This document shows, piece after piece, positions 50,184-60,767 of a DNA stretch of 64,000 bases. The position numbers and the translations under genes were made by a program. A model generated the notes under the pieces. That model was not told the origin of the DNA. It did not search any database and worked only from the letters and a program-made list of their open reading frames with translations. The stretch's first letter is position 1. Every line of letters begins with the position of its first letter. Source of the stretch: Candidatus Wildermuthbacteria bacterium. GTDB lineage: Bacteria; Patescibacteriota; Minisyncoccia; Minisyncoccales; UBA10102. The stretch spans positions 274,323 through 338,322 of the forward strand of contig JACPMK010000002.1 of the NCBI GenBank assembly GCA_016186115.1, read 5' to 3'.

Positions 50184-53100
50184 CTACTTTTCTTTGGGAG
50201 CAGATAAAAAGTAATCTTTATCAAACCCGGTTCCCGCAGGAATAAGCTTTCCAAGAATGACATTTTCTTTGAGGCCTTTCAATTTATCGTCTCTTGCCTC
50301 CAAAGCAGCGCGTATGAGCACGCGAGAGGTCTCTTGGAAAGAAGCCGCCGAAAGGAAGCTATCGGTTGTAAGGGCAACCTTTGAAATCCCAAGCAGCATT
50401 TGGCTCGCGACAGGCAACTCTTTGTCAAGCTTCTTCAAACGCGCAACCTCTTCCAGATAAGTGGAGCGTTCGATAACCTCGCCTTCGGTAAACCGGCTTT
50501 CGCCTCTTTCTTTCACGCGCAAACGGGAAAACATTTGCCGCGTAATAATTTCAATGTGTTTGTCATGAATAGGAGCCCCCTGCATGGAATAAATTCGCTG
50601 CACTTCTTTCACTACTATTCTCTGCGTTTCATCTTTTCCCACAACCTTGTACAATTCCTTAAGATCGATATTCCCCTCGCACAATTGCTGCCCCTTGGAT
50701 ACCCGATCTCCGGCTTTCACCCAAATCGCTCTTTTGGGAGGAACATCATATTCTATAATTTGCTCTTTCGCTTCCTGTTTCTTTTCTTTGCTCACCTTTC
50801 TTTTGCTTTCTTTTGCAGTCGCAGTACCGGGATTGGACTGAGAAGGCACGTTATCAGCAAGAATCTTAATGTTGCCTTCTGGGCTCACGCCTTGCACAAC
50901 TCCATCCACTGTTGCAATAACTGCTTTCCCGCCCGGGATTCTTCCTTCAAAAATTTCTTCTACGCGAGGAAGACCTTGCGTAATATCGCCTCCGCCGGCC
51001 ACTCCGCCGGTGTGGAATGTCCTCATGGTAAGCTGTGTTCCGGGCTCACCAATGGATTGTGCTGCGATAATTCCTACCGCGGTTCCCAATTTCACAGGGG
51101 TATTCGAACCCAATTCCCATCCGTAGCATTGCTGGCATACTCCCCGGCCGCTCTTGCACGTTAAAGGCGAACGTATACGAATAGAATCCACTTCGGCATC
51201 TCCGTTGATCTTCTGAACTGCATCCCAATCAATCACTTCTCCCTTCCGCATATAATCCTTCACATCTTCCGCTGCTACTCTACCCATAATCCGAAGGGCT
51301 AGGTTCTGGCCGATTTCTTCCCCGTCTTTTTTGCGGATACTAATTCCTTTGGTATCCTTGCAATTTTCTTCTGTAATAAAGATATCGTGGGCAACATCAA
51401 TAAGCCGGCGCGTAAGGTATCCCGCGGTAGAAGTTCGCAGAGCAGTGTCCGCTGTTCCCTTTCTCGCGCCATGGGTAGAAATAAAGTACTCAAGCACGTT
51501 GAATCCTTCCTTAAAGGAGCTCAACACAGGCAGCTCGATAATGCGTCCTGCGGGATTGATTACGAGACCCTTCATTCCCGACATCTGGACTGCCTGTCCC
51601 CAGCCGCCGCGAGAACCAGAATCAATCATGCTGTAAACCGATCCTTGAGGAGAAAGGGTTTGAGGAACAAGTTTTTCCATCATTGACTTTACTCGAGACC
51701 ACACCGCGATCACCTTCGCACTGCGCTCTTCTCTCGAGAGAAGCCCGTGACGCCAATGCGAATCAATAACTTCAATTTCTTTTTCTGCTTCCCCAAGAAG
51801 TTTTGCTTTCTCTGGAGGAACTACCAGATCATCCATACCCCATGTAGTTCCGGATTGAGTCGCGTATTCAAAACCAAGTTCCTTTATTTTATCAAGAATT
51901 TGTTGGGCTTCCTTGCTTGGGTATCTCCGGATAATGTCTGCTGCAATCCGCTCCATTTTCTTTGCATTCACCTGTTCATTGATAAAGGGATACCCTATGG
52001 GCAAAGAATCGTTAAAGATCATTCTTCCAACTGTTGTCTCAAGAATTTGTTCCCGGATCTGTACCCTGATGGGTTCTTGCAGGGCAACGACTCCTTGCGA
52101 ATGCGCGAGTAATGCTTCGTCAGCAGAACTCAATACTCTCATTGGTTCCGGCGAAGATTTCTTGCCCATGCCGGTAAGATAATAGCAACCCAACACCATG
52201 TCTTGGCGGGGGCTGATCACTGGAGTTCCAGTTGCTGGTTTCAAAAGATTCGTATTGGAAAGCATCAATTCTCGCGCTTCTGTTTGCGCCTCTTCCGAAA
52301 GAGGGACGTGCACTGCCATTTGGTCGCCATCAAAGTCGGCATTAAATGCAAGACATGCGAGAGGATGCAATTGAATTGCTTCTCCTTCGATTAATATGGG
52401 GAAGAACGCCTGTATTCCCAAACGATGAAGCGTGGGAGCGCGGTTCAAAAGCACGGTTTTATTTTGCGCTACTTCTTCCAAGATTGCCCATACTTCATCG
52501 GTCTGCTGTTCGATCAGCCGTGTTGCGCCGCGCACGTTGTAGGCAAGTTCTTTTTCAAGAATGCGCTGGATCACAAAGGGCTTCAATAATTCCAATGCCA
52601 TCTGCTTTGGCAAGCCGCATTGCGAGAGTTTTAATTTTGGCCCCACCACGATGACTGAACGCCCAGAATAGTCCACGCGCTTTCCCAACAGATTCTGGCG
52701 AAATCTGCCCTGCTTTCCCTTGAGCATATCAGCCAACGATTTCAGGAGGCGTTTGCCGCCAGTAGTTGCTTGAGTCATGGTCCCTTTGCGCATACTATTA
52801 TCAATCAGCGCATCCACTGCCTCCTGAAGCATGCGCTTTTCGTTGCGCACAATGACGTCGGGAGCTCCCAGCTCGATTAAGTACTTCAGACGGTTATTTC
52901 TGTTGATGACTCTACGGTACAAATCGTTCAGATCGGATGAGGCGTACCGTCCTCCGTCAAGCTGCACCATTGGTCGCAAATCCGGAGGCAATACCGGAAG
53001 CACGCTCAAGAGCATCCACTCCGGGCGAACTCCGCCCTCTTTCATGCCGCGGAATAATCGCAAACGGAACAAAATTTTCTTTTTGGCCTGGGGAGTTGCG

Positions 53101-53807
53101 TCAACAAGTTGACGCTCCAACTCCTCAATCGTTTTTGCAATATTTACCTGTTCAAAAATCTTCCGAAGGGTCTCCGCTCCCGTCCCCGCCTCAAACACAT
53201 GGCCATATTTCAAAGAAAGATTCTGGTATTCGATTTCCGAAAGAATACGCAAAGGCCGAAGCAAACTAAGTTGCTCTATCTCTTCATCTTTTGCTTTCTT
53301 GAATATCTGCTTCTCTTCTTCTGTTTTCTCTTTGACTTTTCTCCGAAATTCCTCCTCCACATCGTTGATTGCCTGTTTTTTCGCATCCTCATCAACTTTG
53401 ATAGTAATATAGGAAGCAAAATAAATAATCCGCTCCAGCGATTGAGCAGGAAGATCGAGAATGGCGCCCATGCGCGAAGGCACTCCCCTCAAAAACCAGA
53501 TGTGAGAACAGGGAGCCGCAAGTTTGATATGACCCATACGTTCTCTTCGCACCGCAGAACGCGTAACCTCTACGCCGCAGCGATCGCAAATAACGCCTTT
53601 GTAGCGAATTTTCCGGTATTTCCCGCAATAGCATTCGTAATCTTTTTCGGGACCAAAAATTCGCTCATCAAACAAACCATCTTTTTCCGCTCTTTGGGTG
53701 CGGTAGTTGATGGTTTCTGGCTTGATTACCTCTCCATAGGACCACGAAAGAATGTCATCGGGAGAAGCAAGCTTGATACGAATTGCCTCGAGGTCAACAA
53801 CTCTCAT
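50184..53807 (-). CDS. rpoC: RNA polymerase beta-prime subunit
   Basis: [16 protein letters not shown] and [13 protein letters not shown]. Confidence 0.98.
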   Translation of the reverse strand: MRVVDLEAIRIKLASPDDILSWSYGEVIKPETINYRTQRAEKDGLFDERIFGPEKDYECYCGKYRKIRYKGVICDRCGVEVTRSAVRRERMGHIKLAAPCSHIWFLRGVPSRMGAILDLPAQSLERIIYFASYITIKVDEDAKKQAINDVEEEFRRKVKEKTEEEKQIFKKAKDEEIEQLSLLRPLRILSEIEYQNLSLKYGHVFEAGTGAETLRKIFEQVNIAKTIEELERQLVDATPQAKKKILFRLRLFRGMKEGGVRPEWMLLSVLPVLPPDLRPMVQLDGGRYASSDLNDLYRRVINRNNRLKYLIELGAPDVIVRNEKRMLQEAVDALIDNSMRKGTMTQATTGGKRLLKSLADMLKGKQGRFRQNLLGKRVDYSGRSVIVVGPKLKLSQCGLPKQMALELLKPFVIQRILEKELAYNVRGATRLIEQQTDEVWAILEEVAQNKTVLLNRAPTLHRLGIQAFFPILIEGEAIQLHPLACLAFNADFDGDQMAVHVPLSEEAQTEARELMLSNTNLLKPATGTPVISPRQDMVLGCYYLTGMGKKSSPEPMRVLSSADEALLAHSQGVVALQEPIRVQIREQILETTVGRMIFNDSLPIGYPFINEQVNAKKMERIAADIIRRYPSKEAQQILDKIKELGFEYATQSGTTWGMDDLVVPPEKAKLLGEAEKEIEVIDSHWRHGLLSREERSAKVIAVWSRVKSMMEKLVPQTLSPQGSVYSMIDSGSRGGWGQAVQMSGMKGLVINPAGRIIELPVLSSFKEGFNVLEYFISTHGARKGTADTALRTSTAGYLTRRLIDVAHDIFITEENCKDTKGISIRKKDGEEIGQNLALRIMGRVAAEDVKDYMRKGEVIDWDAVQKINGDAEVDSIRIRSPLTCKSGRGVCQQCYGWELGSNTPVKLGTAVGIIAAQSIGEPGTQLTMRTFHTGGVAGGGDITQGLPRVEEIFEGRIPGGKAVIATVDGVVQGVSPEGNIKILADNVPSQSNPGTATAKESKRKVSKEKKQEAKEQIIEYDVPPKRAIWVKAGDRVSKGQQLCEGNIDLKELYKVVGKDETQRIVVKEVQRIYSMQGAPIHDKHIEIITRQMFSRLRVKERGESRFTEGEVIERSTYLEEVARLKKLDKELPVASQMLLGISKVALTTDSFLSAASFQETSRVLIRAALEARDDKLKGLKENVILGKLIPAGTGFDKDYFLSAPKEK

Positions 53808-53824
53808 GGATTAAAAATTAAGAA

Positions 53825-56800
53825 TTATCTTTTTTCTGCCTTCTGTAGTTTTTCTTTTACTTCCACATGCAAAGCCAACGATCTCAATTCATTAAGCAAA
53901 AGATTAAACGATGCGGGGATATTCGGAGTTTGAATTGGCTGTCTGCGCAAAATGGATTCATAGGTTGCGGCGCGCCCCGTGACATCATCGGATTTAATCG
54001 TAAGCATTTCCTGAAGCGTATACGCAGAACCATATCCTTCTAATGCCCACACTTCCATTTCTCCGAATCTCTGCCCTCCAAATTGCGCCTTGCCCCCCAA
54101 GGGCTGCTGGGTAATCAGGGAGTAAGGCCCAATAGAACGCATATGGATTTTATCTTCAACCATATGGATCAACTTCATCATATAGATATACCCCACGGTA
54201 ATTTTTTGCGGAAAAGAACTCCCGTCCCTTCCGTCGTACAAGGCAACTTTTCCATTCTCGGGAAGACCGGCGCTGCGAAGCTCCTGTTTAATGTCTTCTT
54301 CATTGGCTCCTGCCAACCCCGGAGTAACAGCAATATATCCAAGTTCATGTGCAGCCCACCCGAGATGGGTCTCCAAAATCTGGCCAATATTCATACGAGA
54401 AGCAACTCCCAGAGGATTGAGAATAATATCAACGGGAGTGCCGTCTTCCATATAGGGCATTTCTGCTTCCGGAAGAACCATGGAAATAACTCCTTTATTC
54501 CCATGACGGCCTGCCAGCTTATCTCCGGGCTGAATCCTGCGAAGTTCTGCTACTTCCACATGAATTCGCTTAATAATTCCGGGCTCCAACTTATGCCCTT
54601 CTTCTCTGGAAAATATTTTCACATTCACGACTCTTCCCCTCTTCCCATGGGGCATGAGAAGAGAACTATCTTTAATATCCCGCGCCTTTTCGCCAAAAAT
54701 TGCCCGCAAGAGCCGCTCTTCCGGAGTTAACTCGGCTTCACCCTTAGGAGAAATCTTGCCAACCAAAATATCATTCGGCCCAACTTCGGCTCCAATACGC
54801 ACAATTCCCTCTTCATCAAGGTCTTTCAATTTTTCTTCCCCCACATTCGGAATGTCTCCAGTTGTCTGCTCGGGGCCGAGTTTTGTTTCGCGCACATCGC
54901 AACTGAAATTTTCAATATGAATAGACGTAAAAATATCATCCCTCACAATCCGTTCGGAAAGGATAATCGCATCCTCATAATTTCCTCCCCGCCACGGCAT
55001 AAACGCAACCAAGAGATTTGTTCCCAAAGCCAACCTCCCATGATCGATAGCGCCGCCATCTGCAATGATATCTCCCTTTTTGACCCGTTCACCCTTCTTC
55101 ACAATAGGCCGCTGATGAAATGCAGTGTATTGATTGGTCCGGACAAATGTCCGTAAATCATAGGAATGGGAAGAACTTTTCGATCTTCCATCTTCTGAAC
55201 GAATGACAATGTGACGCGCATCCACTTCCTGAACCACGCCTCCTTCTTGCGCAACCAGCGCAAGTCCAGAATCCTTTGCCACCCGGTCCTCCAAGCCCGT
55301 ACCAACAAGAGGGGCTTGAGCCCGCAGCAATGGCACGGCCTGCCGCTGCATATTAGAACCCATCAGAGCGCGGTTTGCATCGTCATTGCGCAAAAAAGGA
55401 ATAAGGGAGGTTGCAACCGAGATCGACTGCTCCGAGGCAACATCAATGTAATCGACTCTGTCTCGCGTAGCTACCCCCGGCTCCCCATGGATTCTTGCCT
55501 CCACTTTTTCATCTATAATTCGTCCCTGCTCATCAAGACGAACCCCAGCATGAGCAATGACATGCTGCTCCTCTTCATATGCATTGAGATAATGCAATTC
55601 ACTCGTCGCTTTTCCCTGCTCTACCTTGTAATAAGGAGTTTCCAAAAATCCGTATTCATTAATTCTTGCAAAAGTTGCCAAATGCCCGACCAATCCAATA
55701 TTAGGACCTTCCGGGGTCTGGATGGGACAAATCCTGCCATAGTGGCTTGGCTGCACATCCCGGACTTCAAACCCTGCTCTTTCCCGGGTCAAACCGCCGG
55801 GACCTGTCGCAGAAACACGACGCTTATGCTCTAATTCGGCAAGCGGATTCTCATTCTCCATAAACTGGGTGAGCTGCGAAGAAGTGAAAAATTCTTTCAC
55901 CACTGCCATGACTGGCCTTGGATTAATCAGCTGGACCGGAGTAATAGTAGCCGGATCAAGCGTGGACATCCTGTCTTTGATAATGCGCTCCATACGGGTG
56001 AACCCAACTCTCATCCTATTCTGGAGAAACTCTGCAAAGGTTCTTACTCTGCGGTTTCCCAAGTGATCGATCTGATCGGGTTGCGCTTCCGGCGCATTAT
56101 TCAACCTGATAATTTCGCGCAACACCTCGATCACATCTTCAATGGTAAGCACCCGATCTTTGATCGTTATCTCGCCTTTGCTCTTTTGCAACGCAGGAAG
56201 TCGCTGCATTGTTTTCCAACGCCCAACACGCGACAAATCGTATCGTTCAAAATTGAAAAACATATTCCAGATTAATTCCTTTGCGGTATCCGGAGTGACA
56301 TAATCACCAGGCCGCAATCTGCGGTATACCTCCACGAGTCCTTCTTCCTGTGTGTTTGCGGAATCCCGCTTAAGCGTTTCATCAATATAATGGACCTCTC
56401 CCATATCGACATCCTTAAAAAGCTTCCGGATAAGCTCGTCTTCCCGAGTTCTTTGCGCCTCCACGCTCTCCCCCTCCTTTGCCTCGGTCGCTCCAGCACC
56501 GAATGCGCGCAATAGCGTTGTCGCAGAAACCTTCCGCTTCCGGTCGATACGCACCACGATCGCTCCGGATGGCTCGGTTTCAAATTCAAGCCACGCGCCG
56601 CGGTTCGGAATAATTTTTGCCCCAAACAATTTACGCCCCTGCGAGACATTCGCAGTAAAAAATGCGCCCGGAGAACGAATGAGCTGCGAAATTGCCACAC
56701 GCTCCACTCCATTCACTACAAAAGTTCCCCGTTCGGTCATCAGCGGAAAATCGCAGAGAAAAATCTCCTGTTCTTTGACCTCTTTCGTCCGAAGATTTAC

Positions 56801-57079
56801 CAAACGAACCTTCACGCGCAATGACGCCTCAAGCGAATCATCGTTATTTTTTGCATCGAGATCAGATCTATAGTTTGGTTCTCCTAATTTGAAATCGACA
56901 AACCAAAGTTCAAACTCTTTTTTGGTATAGTCGCGTACTGGAGATATTTCCTGAAGAAGTTCTTTCAAATGTGTATCCCAAAATACCCGCCAGCTATTAT
57001 GTTGAACTTCCAACAGGTAAGGGGGATCCAGGTGGACCCTGGATTTTGCAAAATTTTTAATTGAAAGAGAGGTTGCCAT
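53825..57079 (-). CDS. rpoB: RNA polymerase beta subunit
   Basis: GDKLAGRHGNKG, RALMGSNMQRQA and GGQRFGEME. Confidence 0.98.
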   Translation of the reverse strand: MATSLSIKNFAKSRVHLDPPYLLEVQHNSWRVFWDTHLKELLQEISPVRDYTKKEFELWFVDFKLGEPNYRSDLDAKNNDDSLEASLRVKVRLVNLRTKEVKEQEIFLCDFPLMTERGTFVVNGVERVAISQLIRSPGAFFTANVSQGRKLFGAKIIPNRGAWLEFETEPSGAIVVRIDRKRKVSATTLLRAFGAGATEAKEGESVEAQRTREDELIRKLFKDVDMGEVHYIDETLKRDSANTQEEGLVEVYRRLRPGDYVTPDTAKELIWNMFFNFERYDLSRVGRWKTMQRLPALQKSKGEITIKDRVLTIEDVIEVLREIIRLNNAPEAQPDQIDHLGNRRVRTFAEFLQNRMRVGFTRMERIIKDRMSTLDPATITPVQLINPRPVMAVVKEFFTSSQLTQFMENENPLAELEHKRRVSATGPGGLTRERAGFEVRDVQPSHYGRICPIQTPEGPNIGLVGHLATFARINEYGFLETPYYKVEQGKATSELHYLNAYEEEQHVIAHAGVRLDEQGRIIDEKVEARIHGEPGVATRDRVDYIDVASEQSISVATSLIPFLRNDDANRALMGSNMQRQAVPLLRAQAPLVGTGLEDRVAKDSGLALVAQEGGVVQEVDARHIVIRSEDGRSKSSSHSYDLRTFVRTNQYTAFHQRPIVKKGERVKKGDIIADGGAIDHGRLALGTNLLVAFMPWRGGNYEDAIILSERIVRDDIFTSIHIENFSCDVRETKLGPEQTTGDIPNVGEEKLKDLDEEGIVRIGAEVGPNDILVGKISPKGEAELTPEERLLRAIFGEKARDIKDSSLLMPHGKRGRVVNVKIFSREEGHKLEPGIIKRIHVEVAELRRIQPGDKLAGRHGNKGVISMVLPEAEMPYMEDGTPVDIILNPLGVASRMNIGQILETHLGWAAHELGYIAVTPGLAGANEEDIKQELRSAGLPENGKVALYDGRDGSSFPQKITVGYIYMMKLIHMVEDKIHMRSIGPYSLITQQPLGGKAQFGGQRFGEMEVWALEGYGSAYTLQEMLTIKSDDVTGRAATYESILRRQPIQTPNIPASFNLLLNELRSLALHVEVKEKLQKAEKR

Positions 57080-57199
57080 AGCAAAACGTAAAAAATCCCC
57101 AATAATGCAGAGGGGAATAATTTGAGAAATTATTAGTAAGATTGAAAAAGCGTAATGGAAACGCTCAAGGAAGGTCTATGATTAAAAATATGCGTCTTT

Positions 57200-57228
57200 A
57201 GTGTAGTTTATTACCCAAAAATTGTCAA
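57200..57228 (-). promoter_or_regulatory. rpoBC promoter
   Basis: TTGACA-17-TACACT, about 120 nt upstream of rpoB. Confidence 0.7.
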
Positions 57229-57247
57229 GGGCGTCAACCCCTCTCTC

Positions 57248-58264
57248 CTATTCTTGCGAAAAAAGAGACGATTCTCCTCTCTTGCGGGCAATCACCATCA
57301 CGAGCATAAGAAGCATAAGGATAGCCCCGATAATTCCGCCAATGAAGAGGCCTCTTCCGCCGAAAATGCCTTTCTCTTCTTTTCCCTGCTGCGTCTGCAA
57401 TGCTCCCGTGGTAAACACCTGATCCTCTGACTGCAGTTCTTTATCTGCGGCATTTGTGCCCTTTACCCGGAAGTGATACTCTGTTTGAGGAGAAAGATTC
57501 TCGAGCGTAATTTGATGCTCCATGGCAAGCTCTCCCCGCAACACAATAAATGCATACTCTTTGTTTGGTCCATATTCTACTACTGAATTTGCGCCTTCGC
57601 TCGTAACCCAAGCAATACGAGCACTCTCACCGGTGATTGTGTCAACTCTTACATCGGATAGAGAAAATTGCGGCTGCGATGTTGGGAAAGAAGAAGGTGC
57701 TGGTTGAGACGATGTTGTTGGGGTGGGAGAAACCGAAGAACTCGGCCTTGGCGTTGGACTGGAGGAAGCACTACTCTTCGCTTTCAAAACATATGCTCCT
57801 TTGCCAGATGCAACAAGATTGAGGATATTCGCATTTCCTGCGTCAGTAAGCACTGCAGAATCAGAAGCAAAGGTAAGGGTAGCAGCTCCGGAAGAACTTT
57901 TCACTCGGAATAACACTGAAGCAATCTGCTGGATTCCCGAAAAGCCCGGAGTTGGTTTGCCGCCAGAAATTTCCACTCTCCCCTGCCCGTATTTTTTTTC
58001 GGCAAAAAGAGTCATTGCTGAATTAGCAGTATTAATTTCTCTCGCCTCAAGCTTATCCTCGGGATACGTAAAGTATGCTGCAACGGCATTCACATCTTCC
58101 CCTTGAGTATTTACCATGACATTCACCCAAAAACTGTCGTCTTGGGCAAAGCTTCCCGTGGCAGGAGAAAAAAAGAGCGTCCCGTTCTGCGCAGACGCAG
58201 AAGAACCAAAAAGGAATAACGCGCCACTCACGAGCACAAATAAAACAAGTGTAAATTTTATCAT
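57248..58264 (-). CDS. Cohesin-domain plus FN3-like protein with C-terminal membrane anchor
   Basis: Signal peptide; TLFFSPATG..VNVMVNT..VNAVAAYFTYPEDKLEA cohesin pattern; S/P linker; ARIAWVT..LSPQTEYHFRV; TM followed by RKR. Confidence 0.8.
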   Translation of the reverse strand: MIKFTLVLFVLVSGALFLFGSSASAQNGTLFFSPATGSFAQDDSFWVNVMVNTQGEDVNAVAAYFTYPEDKLEAREINTANSAMTLFAEKKYGQGRVEISGGKPTPGFSGIQQIASVLFRVKSSSGAATLTFASDSAVLTDAGNANILNLVASGKGAYVLKAKSSASSSPTPRPSSSVSPTPTTSSQPAPSSFPTSQPQFSLSDVRVDTITGESARIAWVTSEGANSVVEYGPNKEYAFIVLRGELAMEHQITLENLSPQTEYHFRVKGTNAADKELQSEDQVFTTGALQTQQGKEEKGIFGGRGLFIGGIIGAILMLLMLVMVIARKRGESSLFSQE

Positions 58265-58308
58265 AAAGATTGTGCTTGTATTATATCACAGCAACGCATC
58301 GACACAAA

Positions 58309-60030
58309 TCATCTCGTCCAATTCGACAACAAAATACTGAAATCAAAAATTGTGATACTGCTATCGCCGTTGAGATCGTATGACGGAGCTGTCTTCTTCC
58401 AGTTTGAAAGCAAAATGCTTAAGTCAATGATATTTACTTTCCCATCTTTGTTATAATCTCCTTTTAAGAACTTGGGCGAGGAGCCGGGCGAAGATGAAGG
58501 AGAACTGGAAGGGGCAGGGGCAGGCGGATTTTGCGGCGCAGGAGGATTTGGTTGGGGCGTGGGAGCCGGAGCTGCCACTTGAAACGCAATAAGAAAATCT
58601 GAAGCACTGGTATTGCCCAACCCGTCTTGGCATTTCACGTAGTACGAATAGGAACTGCCGTTGGAAAGCCCGGAAATAGGAGTGGAATGCGTCGTTCTCC
58701 CGCCGGTCAAAGCAAATGCAGACATTGCGGCGTAATTCAAGCTTGGAATGGTTGCATATCTACAAGCGGCTAACTCATCACTAGTGAGCGAAAGTGTGAC
58801 TGAAGTTGTTCCCGCAGGAAGAGAGCCGCTTGGCTGACCATTCGCAGGGATAGGAGCAGTGGTATCGGGCGTTGAGATGTTCAGCGTTTTCCTCACTTCA
58901 GCAGTTGGAGCATTCCCTCTTGCTACGATAACCTTTGCGGTATAAGTTCCCGCCGCAGAATAATTGCAGGCATCAATCGCAATTTTCGGATTTTCTGAAC
59001 TATTCAAAAATTGAACTGCCCAATTGGAAGAAATATCTGTTCCCGCATCAGAACGATCGCAATAGAAGGTGTACGAAATGGAGCCGGTGGCAGAACCCCC
59101 CGCGTCAGCAATCAGATCAACGCCATTCAAGGGAGCGTTTCCCGACGCCGGGCTAAGATTCAAAGTAACGATCAGGGTAGAGGATACGCTAAACACAATA
59201 GAAAAATCATCGGGATTGGTATTGGGCGTGGAGGCGGCATCTTGGCATTTTACGTAGTAGGTGTAGGAATTACCGTCGGAAAGATTAGAAACTGAAGATG
59301 AATGACCTGTCCCGCCCGTGGTAGAGAATGCGGTCATGGCGCTATAGCTAGCGCCCGAAGTCGTTGCATATCTGCATGTGGCATTTTCATCAGTGGCAAG
59401 AGAAAGAGTGGTCGAGGTTGTACCCGCAGCCAATGTTCCCGAAGGAACGCCGCTTGATCTCACCGGAGGAGTAACATCAACAGTAGTAGTAAAACTCGCG
59501 CCAGTGGAACGAGCAACATTTAAAATATTGGAATCATCAACTTTCAACGCCAAAGAAGAAGGATCATACGTGATATTGGCTGTTCCCGCAGCAATAGCTT
59601 TGAAACTGATCTTGGCAACAAGTCCGCCGTTGCCGTTAAATCCAGAGGGATCAGAACCTTGGAATTTGACCTGCCCCGGCGCACTTACGTCTGCCTCCCA
59701 AACGCTCGTAAATACGCTCGAGGAATAATCGACGCTCAACGCAGAAAGACGAGTGCTGTCATAATTGAGATATATCTTCGCCGATGTTACTGATGCGGAT
59801 GCGCTGATACGCAATTCTCCATTGAATGTGGAGTTTACGGGAAAGCTGCCGCTTTCGGGAGACAAATATAAAACCGCCTCATTATTGCCGGGGACAACTT
59901 GAGCAAGGGAACCGGAGGGAAGATTAAATTGGAACATAGAAAGGGGGAGATTTTTCATCCCCCAAAATAATACCGCAGCAGTAGTGAGAATAAGTCCGAC
60001 AAGAAATCCCAAAAGAAACGACCGACTCAT
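58309..60030 (-). CDS. Cohesin, two FN3-like repeats, PKD-like domain and C-terminal dockerin
   Basis: VLYLSPESG..LNYDSTRL..LVAKISFKA; duplicated unit PSGxLxAGTTS..CRYAT..YYVKCQD; GDYNKDGKVNIIDLSILL..DLNGDSSITIFDFSILL. Confidence 0.82.
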   Translation of the reverse strand: MSRSFLLGFLVGLILTTAAVLFWGMKNLPLSMFQFNLPSGSLAQVVPGNNEAVLYLSPESGSFPVNSTFNGELRISASASVTSAKIYLNYDSTRLSALSVDYSSSVFTSVWEADVSAPGQVKFQGSDPSGFNGNGGLVAKISFKAIAAGTANITYDPSSLALKVDDSNILNVARSTGASFTTTVDVTPPVRSSGVPSGTLAAGTTSTTLSLATDENATCRYATTSGASYSAMTAFSTTGGTGHSSSVSNLSDGNSYTYYVKCQDAASTPNTNPDDFSIVFSVSSTLIVTLNLSPASGNAPLNGVDLIADAGGSATGSISYTFYCDRSDAGTDISSNWAVQFLNSSENPKIAIDACNYSAAGTYTAKVIVARGNAPTAEVRKTLNISTPDTTAPIPANGQPSGSLPAGTTSVTLSLTSDELAACRYATIPSLNYAAMSAFALTGGRTTHSTPISGLSNGSSYSYYVKCQDGLGNTSASDFLIAFQVAAPAPTPQPNPPAPQNPPAPAPSSSPSSSPGSSPKFLKGDYNKDGKVNIIDLSILLSNWKKTAPSYDLNGDSSITIFDFSILLSNWTR

Positions 60031-60052
60031 GCAATATAAGCTAGAATTAATG

Positions 60053-60086
60053 AGTCACGAAACGCCTTCGACGCCGTTTCATGACT
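60053..60086. other. Intergenic hairpin
   Basis: AGTCACGAAACG...CGTTTCATGACT with no clear U-run. Confidence 0.45.
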
Positions 60087-60156
60087 AACAAAATAATCTC
60101 TTAATATAGTTTAATGCCTACCGAATCGAAACACAAGAACATTTTCCCCATTTGAT

Positions 60157-60741
60157 TTATGGGGTAAGAACATAACAATATCGGTTCGGATCATTCACGA
60201 TGCCAGCATCATTTCCGGACGTGCAGCATTGGGCTTGATCTGAAACTTCGTAGATGCTTTGAGATTTTTCAAGACCTGCGCAAAGCCAAACCGTTCCTGC
60301 CGGGCAAACAGGACTGCAATCTGGAGCAATATCTCTTTTCGTATACCCGTATGCCCTGCAATTATCATCTGCGCTGCCGAAATTGCGCGTCTCCCGGGGA
60401 ATGGCGTTGAGCAAATTCTCCGTTTGGAGCATAGAAAGAAAGTCCTGATCGGATGTGCTATCAGCATTTTGAGTATTGGTATTCCCCGAATCCCAAGTCC
60501 AAGGCAGCGTACCGCAAGAATCATCTATATCTGCCACATCGGGATAATCGCCGTGTTCTTGATAATAAAGTTCAAGGCCGCTACGGATAGTTGCCAAATC
60601 GCTTATTCTTCTTGCATCGCGCACTTTTGCCCTTTCATCAGAGAGTAACTGATACGCCGTATACAGTGCGAGAAATCCAATAATGACTACAACAATTAAT
60701 AATTCGAAAAGCGTAAACCCATCCTCTTTTCGTGTTTTCAT
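60157..60741 (-). CDS. Type IV pilin/pseudopilin (GspG-like)
   Basis: G/FTLFELLIVVVIIG N-methylation site; RDARRISDL..LELYY..GDYP; Cys-rich head. Confidence 0.9.
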   Translation of the reverse strand: MKTRKEDGFTLFELLIVVVIIGFLALYTAYQLLSDERAKVRDARRISDLATIRSGLELYYQEHGDYPDVADIDDSCGTLPWTWDSGNTNTQNADSTSDQDFLSMLQTENLLNAIPRETRNFGSADDNCRAYGYTKRDIAPDCSPVCPAGTVWLCAGLEKSQSIYEVSDQAQCCTSGNDAGIVNDPNRYCYVLTP

Positions 60742-60767
60742 AACTTTATACTTCGCAAGAGCCTACC

